43,042 nt of DNA from contig JAYSUD010000004.1 in the NCBI GenBank assembly GCA_043719295.1, positions 1 to 43,042 on the forward strand, given 5' to 3'. This DNA comes from a bacterium (GTDB lineage: Bacteria > Patescibacteriota > Minisyncoccia > Phycocordibacterales > UBA918). The position numbers and the translations under genes are program-made. Shown here in pieces: positions 18,071 to 27,760 of the stretch (the stretch's first letter is position 1; each line of letters begins with the position of its first letter). A model generated the notes under the pieces. The model saw only the letters and a list, made by a program, of their open reading frames with translations, was not told where the DNA came from and did no database searches.

Positions 18071-18358
18071 AATTTTGATTCGTTCAAACAAAAAGAGCTC
18101 TAAGGCTCCTTGTGCTCTGCACCGCTATTGGTACTTCATCAATACTACTAGACCCAAAACTGAGGTCAATTGACGTATTCCACAAGTTTGTTCTGTTAAA
18201 AATAAGTCCCCGTATACCCCCAAAATTAGGCCTTTTTTGTTACATTGACGCAACGCTTTAATTGTTTTATAGAAAATGACCCCTTATTTACACATACAAC
18301 TGCGAGATTTTTTATATCCTTTCATATTCTGCACATATATATGTATGATGGTGACACT

Positions 18359-20317
18359 ATGACAAACACCGACCACCTGGAAGGACTCAACGAGCCACAA
18401 AAAAAAGCAGTACAAAAAACAGAAGGTCCATTACTCGTGCTTGCCGGTGCAGGATCAGGAAAGACAAGAGTTATTACCCACCGCATAGTACAGCTAATAC
18501 AAAATGGAGTAGCTCCCCACAACATCCTTGCAGTTACCTTTACCAATAAAGCAGCGACAGAAATGCGTGAACGAGTATATGCCTTAATTGAAAAATATCC
18601 TAGCGCTTCTTTCTCAAGGATTGATTCACGCCCGACGGTAACAACCTTCCACGCACTTGGCGTTCGTATCTTGCGAGAGCATCATGCGACACTCAACTTA
18701 CGCCGACACTTTATTATCTATGATCGAAGTGACAGTGTGCGTGCAATTAAAAAAGCACTTGAGATTCGTGGATACGATGCGAAACAGTTTGAGCCACGAA
18801 AAATGATTTCAATGATTTCTCGTGCGAAAGGGGACGCGATGACACGGCAACAGTTTGTTGAAAGTGCAACAAACCACCCTCAAAAAGTAGCGGGGGAAAT
18901 CTGGGAGCATTACGAAAAGATAATGCTAGAAGAACATGCACTTGATTTTGATGACCTTCTCTTAAAAACGTTACGCTTACTACAACAACATCCTGTAGTT
19001 CGTGAAGTACTTTGTGCACGATTCCAATACATTCACATTGATGAATACCAAGACACGAACAAAGTGCAATTTGAAATTGCAAAATTACTTGCCGGTGAAA
19101 AACAAAACATTTGTGTAGTAGGGGATGTTGATCAAAACATTTACTCATGGCGAGGGGCCGACATTAAAAATGTCCTTCAGTTTGAAAATAATTTCCCTGG
19201 AGCGCAGACAGTTTTTCTTGAAGAAAACTATCGTTCAACACAAACAATCATTTCTGCATCAAATGAAATTATTGCAAAGAACAAAATGCGTATTCCAAAA
19301 ACGGTATTTACCTCAAATGAGGAAGGGGAGAAAATTACTCTTCATGCTGCACACACAGGAATTGATGAAGCTGAATATATTGTATTAACAGCAAAGAAGC
19401 TTATCGCGGATGGAGCATCACCTTCATCAATTGCGCTTTTGTATCGCACAAACTTTCAGTCACGCGTGCTTGAAGAAGCATTTTTAAATTTCAATGTACC
19501 GTACCAATTACTCGGAACAAAGTTCTTTGAACGGAAGGAAATCAAAGATGTACTTTCTTATTTGCGACTTTCGCTAAATCCTTCAAGCACTGCCGACATA
19601 TCACGAATTATAAATGAACCTGCACGAGGTATCGGTAAGGTAACTATGCTCAAAGTTATTGAGGGAAAGAAAGATGAACTTAAGGGAGCTACCCGAGAAA
19701 AAGTAGAACGCTTCAACATGATGATGCAAGATATTACCGACCATGCGAAGACGCACAAAATTTCAGAAACGCTTATGTTTATTATTAAACGAAGTGGGAT
19801 TGAAGTTGACTTAAAAAAGAATGGAACAGAAGACGATTTAGAACGCCTTGAAAACTTACAAGAACTTGTGTCGTTAGCAATCGCGTACGATGAGCTTGGA
19901 CCGGAAGAGGGAGTTGAAGCACTTATTGAAAATGCAGCACTCCAAAGTGATCAAGACGAATTACAAAGTAAAGAAGAACGTGATGCGGTTCGGCTTATGA
20001 CTGTACACTCAGCTAAAGGCCTCGAGTTTCCGTATGTATTTATAAGTGGTATGGAAGAAGGTCTATTTCCACACGAACGTCTCGACGATAAAGGAATTGA
20101 CCACGAAGAAGAGCGACGTCTTTTTTATGTTGCACTTACGAGAGCTGAAAAAAAGGTATACCTAACCTACGCCCATATGCGAACAATTTTTGGCTCACAA
20201 AAAGTAAATGTTGCCTCGTCTTTCTTAAACGATATTAGCGATGAATACATTGAGATGGAAAACGGGACAGGTGGAGGAAGTTCATCAGGATTTGAAACCA
20301 CCATCTATCTCGACTAA
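18359..20317 (+). CDS. pcrA: ATP-dependent DNA helicase PcrA/UvrD
   Basis: LAGAGSGKT, VTFTNKAA, IDEYQDTN, VGDVDQNIYSWRGA, LEENYRST, MTVHSAKGLEF, EERRLFYVALTRA. Confidence 0.95.
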   Translation: MTNTDHLEGLNEPQKKAVQKTEGPLLVLAGAGSGKTRVITHRIVQLIQNGVAPHNILAVTFTNKAATEMRERVYALIEKYPSASFSRIDSRPTVTTFHALGVRILREHHATLNLRRHFIIYDRSDSVRAIKKALEIRGYDAKQFEPRKMISMISRAKGDAMTRQQFVESATNHPQKVAGEIWEHYEKIMLEEHALDFDDLLLKTLRLLQQHPVVREVLCARFQYIHIDEYQDTNKVQFEIAKLLAGEKQNICVVGDVDQNIYSWRGADIKNVLQFENNFPGAQTVFLEENYRSTQTIISASNEIIAKNKMRIPKTVFTSNEEGEKITLHAAHTGIDEAEYIVLTAKKLIADGASPSSIALLYRTNFQSRVLEEAFLNFNVPYQLLGTKFFERKEIKDVLSYLRLSLNPSSTADISRIINEPARGIGKVTMLKVIEGKKDELKGATREKVERFNMMMQDITDHAKTHKISETLMFIIKRSGIEVDLKKNGTEDDLERLENLQELVSLAIAYDELGPEEGVEALIENAALQSDQDELQSKEERDAVRLMTVHSAKGLEFPYVFISGMEEGLFPHERLDDKGIDHEEERRLFYVALTRAEKKVYLTYAHMRTIFGSQKVNVASSFLNDISDEYIEMENGTGGGSSSGFETTIYLD

Positions 20318-20332
20318 TTCAACTGTCAACTT

Positions 20333-20398
20333 ATGTTGGGTCTCGTAAACCCCACGTTGCCTTAATAAATATTGTGTGGGGTTTACGAGACCCAACAT
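20333..20398. repeat. REP-like inverted doublet (family E)
   Basis: Perfect 23-bp inverted repeat atgttgggtctcgtaaaccccac / gtggggtttacgagacccaacat with a 20-bp spacer. Confidence 0.8.
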
Positions 20399-20453
20399 TT
20401 TATTGGTTAATTGCAATTATTATATATTTACCATAGGCTACACATATATATGT

Positions 20454-21278
20454 ATGGAAACTAAAAAATTTGAAACAAAGAAATCGCTTGGGCAACACTT
20501 CCTCACAAGTCCCGCAGTTCCAAAGTGGATGTCTGACGCGGCGGATATTACAGAAGGGGATGTTGTGGTAGAAATTGGCCCAGGTACAGGGGTTCTTACC
20601 TTGGAGCTTCTTAATCGGGGAGCTACCGTAATTGCACTTGAAGCTGATGCGCGTGCACTTGAGGTTCTGGCTGAACGTTTTGCATCAGAGATACAAAATA
20701 AAAAATTGATACTCCACCACATTGATGTGCGCACCTTGGACCTTAAAACAATCAAGGGTATTAGTGATCGCTCCTTTAAAGTTGTTGCCAATATTCCTTA
20801 TTACTTATCGGGAATGCTGTTCCGCATGATGCTCGAGTCGCCTATACAACCACAAACACTGGTATACCTTGTGCAAAAAGAGGTCGCGAAGCGTATTACC
20901 GAAGACTGTAACAATGGGGGGAAGGAATCAATTCTCTCTCTTTCGGTTAAGGCTTATGGTTCCCCAAAATATGTTAAGACTGTTTCAAAGGGACATTTCA
21001 ACCCACCACCAAAAATCGATTCGGCAGTTATCTTGGTGCAGAACATCAACAGGGAGAATTTTAAAAAGCTCAATGAAAAGTTTTTCTTTGAAATGCTCCA
21101 CATTGGCTTTGGGCAAAAGCGAAAGCAACTACTTGGAAATCTCTCTAAATACTACAAGCGGGAAGTACTTACTAACATCTTCTCCACAGTAGGCGTTCCG
21201 GTGGCTTCCCGCGCAGAAGATGTTCCTCTTAAAAAATGGCTCACTCTATGTGAAGCATTAGCTGTCCACAGGCTATAG
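20454..21278 (+). CDS. rsmA: 16S rRNA adenine dimethyltransferase RsmA/KsgA
   Basis: KKSLGQHFL, VEIGPGTG, VVANIPYY, F.PPPKIDSAV. Confidence 0.95.
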   Translation: METKKFETKKSLGQHFLTSPAVPKWMSDAADITEGDVVVEIGPGTGVLTLELLNRGATVIALEADARALEVLAERFASEIQNKKLILHHIDVRTLDLKTIKGISDRSFKVVANIPYYLSGMLFRMMLESPIQPQTLVYLVQKEVAKRITEDCNNGGKESILSLSVKAYGSPKYVKTVSKGHFNPPPKIDSAVILVQNINRENFKKLNEKFFFEMLHIGFGQKRKQLLGNLSKYYKREVLTNIFSTVGVPVASRAEDVPLKKWLTLCEALAVHRL

Positions 21279-21486
21279 TCTTTGTTTCCACAAATTTTCC
21301 CTTTGTAATACAGTACGAATACACCACCTATCCACATAAAACTTAAGATAGTTACTACTTATATTTGAGCAAGGATTACCCTTGCTCAAATTTTAAGAAG
21401 TGGGGAGTTTTCGTACCTCCTAGGATATACAGTGTCAGTACATATATAAGTACAATGTGCCTGTTATACTAAATGCACATAGAGGT

Positions 21487-22353
21487 ATGGTTGATTCACA
21501 AAAAAGAATCGCAGTTGCGTTTTTAGTTGGAGCTATTTTAGTATCTGTAGCTTTTTTTATCCGTGGCAACAGTGCTTCAGGTAATTATGAAGATGCGAGC
21601 ACAATTGTCGTTGCTCCACGTACTCACATAGAAATAGAAGATGACAACAGTGATGGTATCCCTAACTGGCAAGATGAACTTGCAGGGTCAGAGTTTATTG
21701 AAATTCCAACTGCTTCATCAACATACGTTGAACCTACTACTGTTACGGGCAAATTTGCTGTTTCGTTTTTTGAGAAGTTCCTTCGTACAAAAGCGTACGG
21801 CATTTTTGGAGGCTCTAAAGAAGAGCTTATCGCAAACGCTTCACAAGAGTTAGTCAAAGAATCTGAAGACATTCTCTTTACCAAAGACGACCTTACGGTT
21901 TTTTCCTCAAATAACGCACAGGCGTTACTAACCTACAGTAATCATGTTGCAAATATTATTCTCGCGCACCCAACCAAAAGCCAAAACGAGGCACTCATTT
22001 TGCAGGACTCACTAAAGTACGATAAGCCAGAAAAGCTTCAAGAACTTAAACCAATTGCACAAGCCTATACCGATATGGTTAAAGCAATGCTTGAAACACC
22101 AGTACCAAGTTCCTATGTGGACGAACATCTCAACCTAACAAACGCAATGAATGCGGTGCGAGAAGACATTAACGGTATGCAGAAAGTAAACGATGACGCA
22201 CTCTATACACTTGTACGAATGAAACGCTATAAAGACGATGTGCTCGGACTTTCAAATGCACTTACTACACTTTTTAATACGCTATACTTAACTGATGCAA
22301 TTAGGTGGAATCAAGGGGACGCGGTTTTAGAGCTTATGGTGTTTCCTTCGTAA
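21487..22353 (+). CDS. Membrane-anchored hypothetical protein with DxxxDG Ca-binding-like motif
   Basis: N-terminal TM; DDNSDGIPNWQDE; first gene of a tightly coupled cluster. Confidence 0.7.
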   Translation: MVDSQKRIAVAFLVGAILVSVAFFIRGNSASGNYEDASTIVVAPRTHIEIEDDNSDGIPNWQDELAGSEFIEIPTASSTYVEPTTVTGKFAVSFFEKFLRTKAYGIFGGSKEELIANASQELVKESEDILFTKDDLTVFSSNNAQALLTYSNHVANIILAHPTKSQNEALILQDSLKYDKPEKLQELKPIAQAYTDMVKAMLETPVPSSYVDEHLNLTNAMNAVREDINGMQKVNDDALYTLVRMKRYKDDVLGLSNALTTLFNTLYLTDAIRWNQGDAVLELMVFPS

Positions 22354-22354
22354 T

Positions 22355-23806
22355 ATGTTTTCTTTGAGACTTAAACCAAATACAAAAAAAGCTTTTGGAG
22401 CTTTACTTTTAGTTGTAGTGCTTTGTGCACCTGTTTCAAACACCTTTACGGCTAAAAAAGCTGATGCACAGCTATTCGGTGGGGGAGGGAGAATTGTACA
22501 AGACATCCAAAACACACTCACAAACACTCTTCAAACAATTGCCGCTGAATCACTTGCACAAAAGGACTTAGTTCTTGATGGTATTTTCTATAACATTGCA
22601 CAAAAAGCACTCCAGCAGTTAACAGGAAGTATTTTGTCATTTATTAATACAGGAGGGCAAAATGTCAGAGGTGAAAGTGATGGTCGACCGACGTTTCTTT
22701 CAGACTATTCAGACCTTATGGATGAAATTGCCTTCGAAACAGGTTCAGAACTTATTTACGGCGAAGCACTCGATTCAATGTGTACTTCGTTTCAACTGGA
22801 CGTACGCATTGCACTTGCAGCACAGTTACAAGCAGATTTGGAAGGCCCTAAAGCTAAAATACAGAAACAAGTAGCTTGTACCCTTGATGAATCTGTTGTT
22901 GATGTGGGTGCATTCTTCACAGGAACATTTAGTGCAGGAGGTCTTGCAGCACTATGGGAGACGGTACTTAACCCACAAAACGCACCACTAGTTGGAAAAC
23001 CTATTGCTAAAGCAGCAATATACAAAGCTATAGCAGAAGAGCAAGAGGAAAAGAAAAAAGATCTTGACTACAACAATGGCTTTTCTTCCCTAAAGACGTG
23101 TACAAACATAACTACCCCTACTGGTTCAGAGCGGAAATGTGTAAATACTACTCCTGGGATTGTACTTCAAGGAAGAATGTCGTCTGCTCTAGATGCACCG
23201 ATGGAATCACTCCTAAATGCTGATGAATTTGATGAGGTTATCGGATCATTATTTGGAAACCTAGCAACAGAAGCAATTACAGGAATCAACGGTCTTCTTG
23301 GTCTTAGCGATCGCACTCATGGAGCAGGAGGAAATCAAACCTACTTTGATGCAATACGAAATGACCCTACAAATGGCGCAACGAACAGTCAAACAAGTGA
23401 CAACCCAATTGGCCGTGCACTCGCAACAGAAACACGGGTAGGGACAGCTGAAATCGGTATTGTGAACGCCATTTCAAATCTCACCCGCTGTTCACCTGAT
23501 GTTGTCTTACCTCCAGAACTACGAGGTGTCTTAACTGAATTTACTCCAAAGGTCATTGCAACAGGAGAAGTGGTTGTACAACTCTCTGATATGGCACTTG
23601 CATACGCTAACTCAACTTCTGCAGCAGACAAGGGTAGACTTCTGAGTCGACTTGAAGCGATGCGTACTGACGGCAAGCTTTCAGGACTTCCAATTGCCCT
23701 AGAATACGAACAGTTTTTGAACGTTGACTTGAAGAACTATATTACTGCTTTCAAAGCCGATACTAACTATGTTGAAGTAAGCTGTACCGCACCCCTCACA
23801 TCATGA
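22355..23806 (+). CDS. Exported hypothetical protein (T4SS-like cluster)
   Basis: Signal peptide ending ADA; several Cys; 4-bp overlap with the next gene. Confidence 0.72.
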   Translation: MFSLRLKPNTKKAFGALLLVVVLCAPVSNTFTAKKADAQLFGGGGRIVQDIQNTLTNTLQTIAAESLAQKDLVLDGIFYNIAQKALQQLTGSILSFINTGGQNVRGESDGRPTFLSDYSDLMDEIAFETGSELIYGEALDSMCTSFQLDVRIALAAQLQADLEGPKAKIQKQVACTLDESVVDVGAFFTGTFSAGGLAALWETVLNPQNAPLVGKPIAKAAIYKAIAEEQEEKKKDLDYNNGFSSLKTCTNITTPTGSERKCVNTTPGIVLQGRMSSALDAPMESLLNADEFDEVIGSLFGNLATEAITGINGLLGLSDRTHGAGGNQTYFDAIRNDPTNGATNSQTSDNPIGRALATETRVGTAEIGIVNAISNLTRCSPDVVLPPELRGVLTEFTPKVIATGEVVVQLSDMALAYANSTSAADKGRLLSRLEAMRTDGKLSGLPIALEYEQFLNVDLKNYITAFKADTNYVEVSCTAPLTS

Positions 23807-26106
23807 AATCAATTACTTCATTTTTCTATACTCACCGAATTCTCATTATAGTACTTATACTGTGTATAAGTATTTTTACAATAACTGCATCATATAGTTT
23901 TGCTCAAGGTAGTATCGATGGTGGAGACAGTGCCGCTGATATTGCAGGAGCGAAGGCTGCTACTGCAACTGACGATGGATGGGGACTAGGAGAGACTCTT
24001 GCGAATATAGTACTTTCTGTCTGTATGGCGATTGGTGGAATATTCCTGACTTTAGGAGGAGCACTACTTAATGGTGCAATTACAGAAACGATCCTCAAAG
24101 CAGGATGGTGGCTTGGCGATGGCTCATCTGTAGGTACCGGCATTCGAGAGATGTGGACTGTAGTGCGAGATATTTTTAATATCGTATTTATATTTGGATT
24201 TATTTGGATTGGTCTAAAAACAATTCTCAATGCCGACGACTCAGGAGCAAAAAAAACACTTGGTTACCTAATTGTCGGTGCACTTTTAATCAATTTTAGT
24301 TTGTACTTTGCTCAAGTGGTTATAGACTTTTCAAACATTGCTGCAGTTCAAGTGCATAATCAAATACTTAAAACAGAAGGAATACAAAGTGGAGGGACGA
24401 CAACCGGTGACGGGGAATATGTGGCACCACAACATGGAGGTGTAATTGGAGCATTTTTTGATACCATAAATATCACTAGTTGGTGGGGAGGAGATGGAAA
24501 TATCGCTGGTGGCACACAGATATTCATTTATGCGTTAATGATGTTGGTCTTCCTAATTATTGCAGGAATTGTATGTGGGATGGGGGCCATACTTCTCATC
24601 CGCCGTTTTATATCTCTTATAATTTATCTCATACTTTCCCCAATAATGTTTGCTGGATGGATTTTTCCTGCATTTGAGGGATATCAAAAAAAATGGCGTA
24701 AAGGGTTTCTTGAACAGGCATTTTTCGCACCTGCATTTTTATTCATGCTCTACTTATCTCTGTTTGTACTCGGCAGAATGAAAGCTGGACTAGGCATTGA
24801 AAGTGACACACAGTATGGAACAGCATTTAATGGATCGAGTTTTACAATCTTTCTCTTCTTTTGTATGGGAATCGGATTTTTATATGCTTCTATTAAAGTA
24901 GGGGAGATGATGAGTATCGCAGGAGCTTCTGGGATGGCGAGTAGTCTAAAAGCGGGTGGGAAATACTTTAGCGGAGCGGCACAGTCTCTTGTATACAGGA
25001 ATACTGCAGGCCGTGGTCTTAACTGGGGAGTTAAACAACTTGATAAGCTTGATCAAGCCGCAGACAAACAAACCGCAGCTAAAAAGTTTGGAGCTGCCCG
25101 TTTCTTGCGAGCGGTTGGAGTTGATGAATCAGTTCGTCGAAGTGTTGAAGGCGCTTCAAATAAAGGAATTAATGGTGCCCGAGGCCGAGAAGCTGTTGAA
25201 AAAGATCAGAAAACTGCAAAGGCTCGCACTGCTCGATCTAATCAAATTGACGATATTAGAGCTAAAATTAAAGCTGGCATTGCCGATCCAAATGATACAG
25301 ATAAGGTAAGTGCTATGCAGCGTGCAATTAAAGATGCGTCATCTGCACAAATCCTTGAAATGATGAAAGATAAAGATGACAAAGAACAGATTATGCATAT
25401 GGCAGTAGCAGGAGAACTTTCAGACAGTCAAGTTAAAGCAATAATGGACGAAAAGGATGGAGGTATCGATGATGCTACAAAGGCAACACTTGGTGCTACA
25501 CGAGGTGCTGCCATTGCAACTCGACTAGCAGCGAACAAAGGTAAGGTTGATGCTACAGATGCTCTTGGAAATGTTATCCTAGATGCAAATGGTAATGTTG
25601 AAAAACGAGATGCAACAATAGCTGATGCTATCGATAAAGCTGATGCATCTGAACTTGGTTCAATTGGATTTGAAAAAGTACTCCCATATGCTGGTAAACT
25701 AACTGCAAAACAAATTGAAGATTGGAAAGATCTCACTCCAACAGAAAAGACTCAACTTAAAGCTGCACGAAAAACTGCTCTTGAAACTGCCTTTGGCGGA
25801 ATTGACCCAGCAACTGGCGGAACAAATGCTGCTAACTTCCTCAAAGGAATCAGGAGTGCTGAGGAACGTTCTAAATTACCTGATTCAATTCTTTTGCACC
25901 CTCTAACTGCGCCACACTTAGATACAAATACACTTACTAAAATTGTTGATAATCCTGGACTTGGACCTACTGAGCTTGCAGATATCAAAGCAAAAGTAAT
26001 GGGTGCACATCCACAACCTCTTCCCGGTGCAATAAACGCAGCAGCACGTGCAGAGTATACAAAATACAATAATTTCTTTAAAACTGGAGCAGGACAAAGA
26101 TATTAA
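23803..26106 (+). CDS. Polytopic membrane protein, VirB6/TrbL-like
   Basis: W.VVRDIFNIVFIF, LLINFSLYFAQVVID.SN, about 8 TMs, long soluble C-terminal tail. Confidence 0.65.
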   Translation: MKSITSFFYTHRILIIVLILCISIFTITASYSFAQGSIDGGDSAADIAGAKAATATDDGWGLGETLANIVLSVCMAIGGIFLTLGGALLNGAITETILKAGWWLGDGSSVGTGIREMWTVVRDIFNIVFIFGFIWIGLKTILNADDSGAKKTLGYLIVGALLINFSLYFAQVVIDFSNIAAVQVHNQILKTEGIQSGGTTTGDGEYVAPQHGGVIGAFFDTINITSWWGGDGNIAGGTQIFIYALMMLVFLIIAGIVCGMGAILLIRRFISLIIYLILSPIMFAGWIFPAFEGYQKKWRKGFLEQAFFAPAFLFMLYLSLFVLGRMKAGLGIESDTQYGTAFNGSSFTIFLFFCMGIGFLYASIKVGEMMSIAGASGMASSLKAGGKYFSGAAQSLVYRNTAGRGLNWGVKQLDKLDQAADKQTAAKKFGAARFLRAVGVDESVRRSVEGASNKGINGARGREAVEKDQKTAKARTARSNQIDDIRAKIKAGIADPNDTDKVSAMQRAIKDASSAQILEMMKDKDDKEQIMHMAVAGELSDSQVKAIMDEKDGGIDDATKATLGATRGAAIATRLAANKGKVDATDALGNVILDANGNVEKRDATIADAIDKADASELGSIGFEKVLPYAGKLTAKQIEDWKDLTPTEKTQLKAARKTALETAFGGIDPATGGTNAANFLKGIRSAEERSKLPDSILLHPLTAPHLDTNTLTKIVDNPGLGPTELADIKAKVMGAHPQPLPGAINAAARAEYTKYNNFFKTGAGQRY

Positions 26107-26111
26107 AGAAT

Positions 26112-26621
26112 ATGAAACCTATTACGGAACAACAGAGGCTGGAAACCTATCGAAACTCATCTGAAGATATTCGTGAGATATTTATTAGTGAAAATTTGGT
26201 GGAACAAATCGAAAAACTCATGCTCCTATTTGAGATAAATGTAACTTACAAAGAAGTGAGTGAAGTCATTTACGATACTATCCTTGGCTTCTACAAAATT
26301 TCTGATATGCCGAGACTCTTTCAGCAAAAGCTTGGAGTAACCCCAGATATTGGACAAAAAATGACAGCACAACTCATTGAGTTTTTGTCTCCAGTTGTAC
26401 AACGTGAAGAAGTAGCTTCCAAAGAAGTAGCAGAAAGTAAAGTAACCCTCATGCAAACATTTGCAAACCCACAACCCACAGCAGAGCGAGCAGCATCTAC
26501 AGTTCCACATACATATGTAACACCACTTCGTACTATGGAAGGGGACATGACTCGTATTCATGGGTATGGTGCACGGCAAGAAGCACAAGATACAGAAGTT
26601 AAAAATTCCGATGAAGTCTAA
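26112..26621 (+). CDS. Hypothetical protein
   Basis: 169-aa ORF 5 bp after the previous stop. Confidence 0.65.
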   Translation: MKPITEQQRLETYRNSSEDIREIFISENLVEQIEKLMLLFEINVTYKEVSEVIYDTILGFYKISDMPRLFQQKLGVTPDIGQKMTAQLIEFLSPVVQREEVASKEVAESKVTLMQTFANPQPTAERAASTVPHTYVTPLRTMEGDMTRIHGYGARQEAQDTEVKNSDEV

Positions 26622-26710
26622 AGTGAAAATAACTTTAGATTAAAAACCTAAACGGGGATAAGTACTCATTAGTGTCGATACAAGAACGTTTGATACCGTA
26701 TAATAACCCT

Positions 26711-27115
26711 ATGCGTTTTGAAGTACCTCAATTTATTGAAATCGAAGATAAAATCTTCGGTCCATTTACCTGGAAACAGTTTGTATACCTCGCCGGAGGT
26801 GTTGGGCTTGCAACCGTACTTTTCTTTACCACTCCGTTTTTTGTGTTTGTAATTTTTGGTGTTCCTGTTGGTGGACTTGCAGTACTTCTTGCCTTTTACC
26901 CAGTGAATAACCGACCGTTTTCCGCGTTCTTAGAAGCAGGAGTCTATTTCTATAAAAACAATCGCGTGTACTACTGGCGAAAAAAAGCCACTATCGTCTA
27001 TCGTGACAAAAGAGTTGCTGAGGAATCACCCTTAATCCCAAGTTTTAAACGAGGCGGGGGTGACATCGCTTCACTTTCACGTAAACTTGAACTAAACGCA
27101 CTTCAAAAAAAATAA
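26711..27115 (+). CDS. PrgI family (VirB3-like) membrane protein
   Basis: MRFEVPQFIEIEDKIFGPFTWKQF plus two TMs. Confidence 0.85.
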   Translation: MRFEVPQFIEIEDKIFGPFTWKQFVYLAGGVGLATVLFFTTPFFVFVIFGVPVGGLAVLLAFYPVNNRPFSAFLEAGVYFYKNNRVYYWRKKATIVYRDKRVAEESPLIPSFKRGGGDIASLSRKLELNALQKK

Positions 27116-27118
27116 AGT

Positions 27119-27751
27119 ATGGCAACTAAAGAACAAGCAGCTACTCAAGATTTTGTACCAATTAAAGATATTCGCGATAATGTCGTGATTCTTAAAAATG
27201 GTCAGATGTGCATTATCTTACTTGCGTCTTCAATCAACTTTGCCCTGAAGTCATCTGACGAACAGCAGGCAATTTTGCAGCAATTTCAATCATTCTTAAA
27301 CACTATCGACTTTTCACTCCAGTTCTACATTCAATCTCGCCGACTTAACATTGAGCCATACCTAGCACAACTCCAAGAACGAGAAGGTACGCAAGACAAT
27401 GACCTTATGCGTATTCAGCTTCGCGAATACATGGAATTTATTCGAACGTTTACAAGGGAAGTAGACGTTATGTCAAAAAACTTCTTTATTGTTATTCCGT
27501 ACTCTCCGATACAACTTGATTTCTCATCAAACATAGGTGCTATGTTTGGAAAAAAGAAAGACGTAAGTGGAGAAGAAACAAAATTTGAAGAACATAGACT
27601 CCAGCTTGAACAACGAGCGTCGTTAGTTGAACAAGGTCTCACTCGAATTGGAGTACGCACTATTGCACTTCAAAATGAAGAGCTAGTTGAGCTTTACTAT
27701 CATATCTTCAACCCCGGTGACCCAAGCGGTAAAGCACCTCCTCCAAATTAA
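27119..27751 (+). CDS. Protein between PrgI and VirB4 (VirB4 N-terminal-like)
   Basis: SSINFALKS.DEQ.AI...FQ.FLN..DF.LQ.YIQSR; position in cluster. Confidence 0.7.
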   Translation: MATKEQAATQDFVPIKDIRDNVVILKNGQMCIILLASSINFALKSSDEQQAILQQFQSFLNTIDFSLQFYIQSRRLNIEPYLAQLQEREGTQDNDLMRIQLREYMEFIRTFTREVDVMSKNFFIVIPYSPIQLDFSSNIGAMFGKKKDVSGEETKFEEHRLQLEQRASLVEQGLTRIGVRTIALQNEELVELYYHIFNPGDPSGKAPPPN

Positions 27752-27760
27752 TAAGACTAT

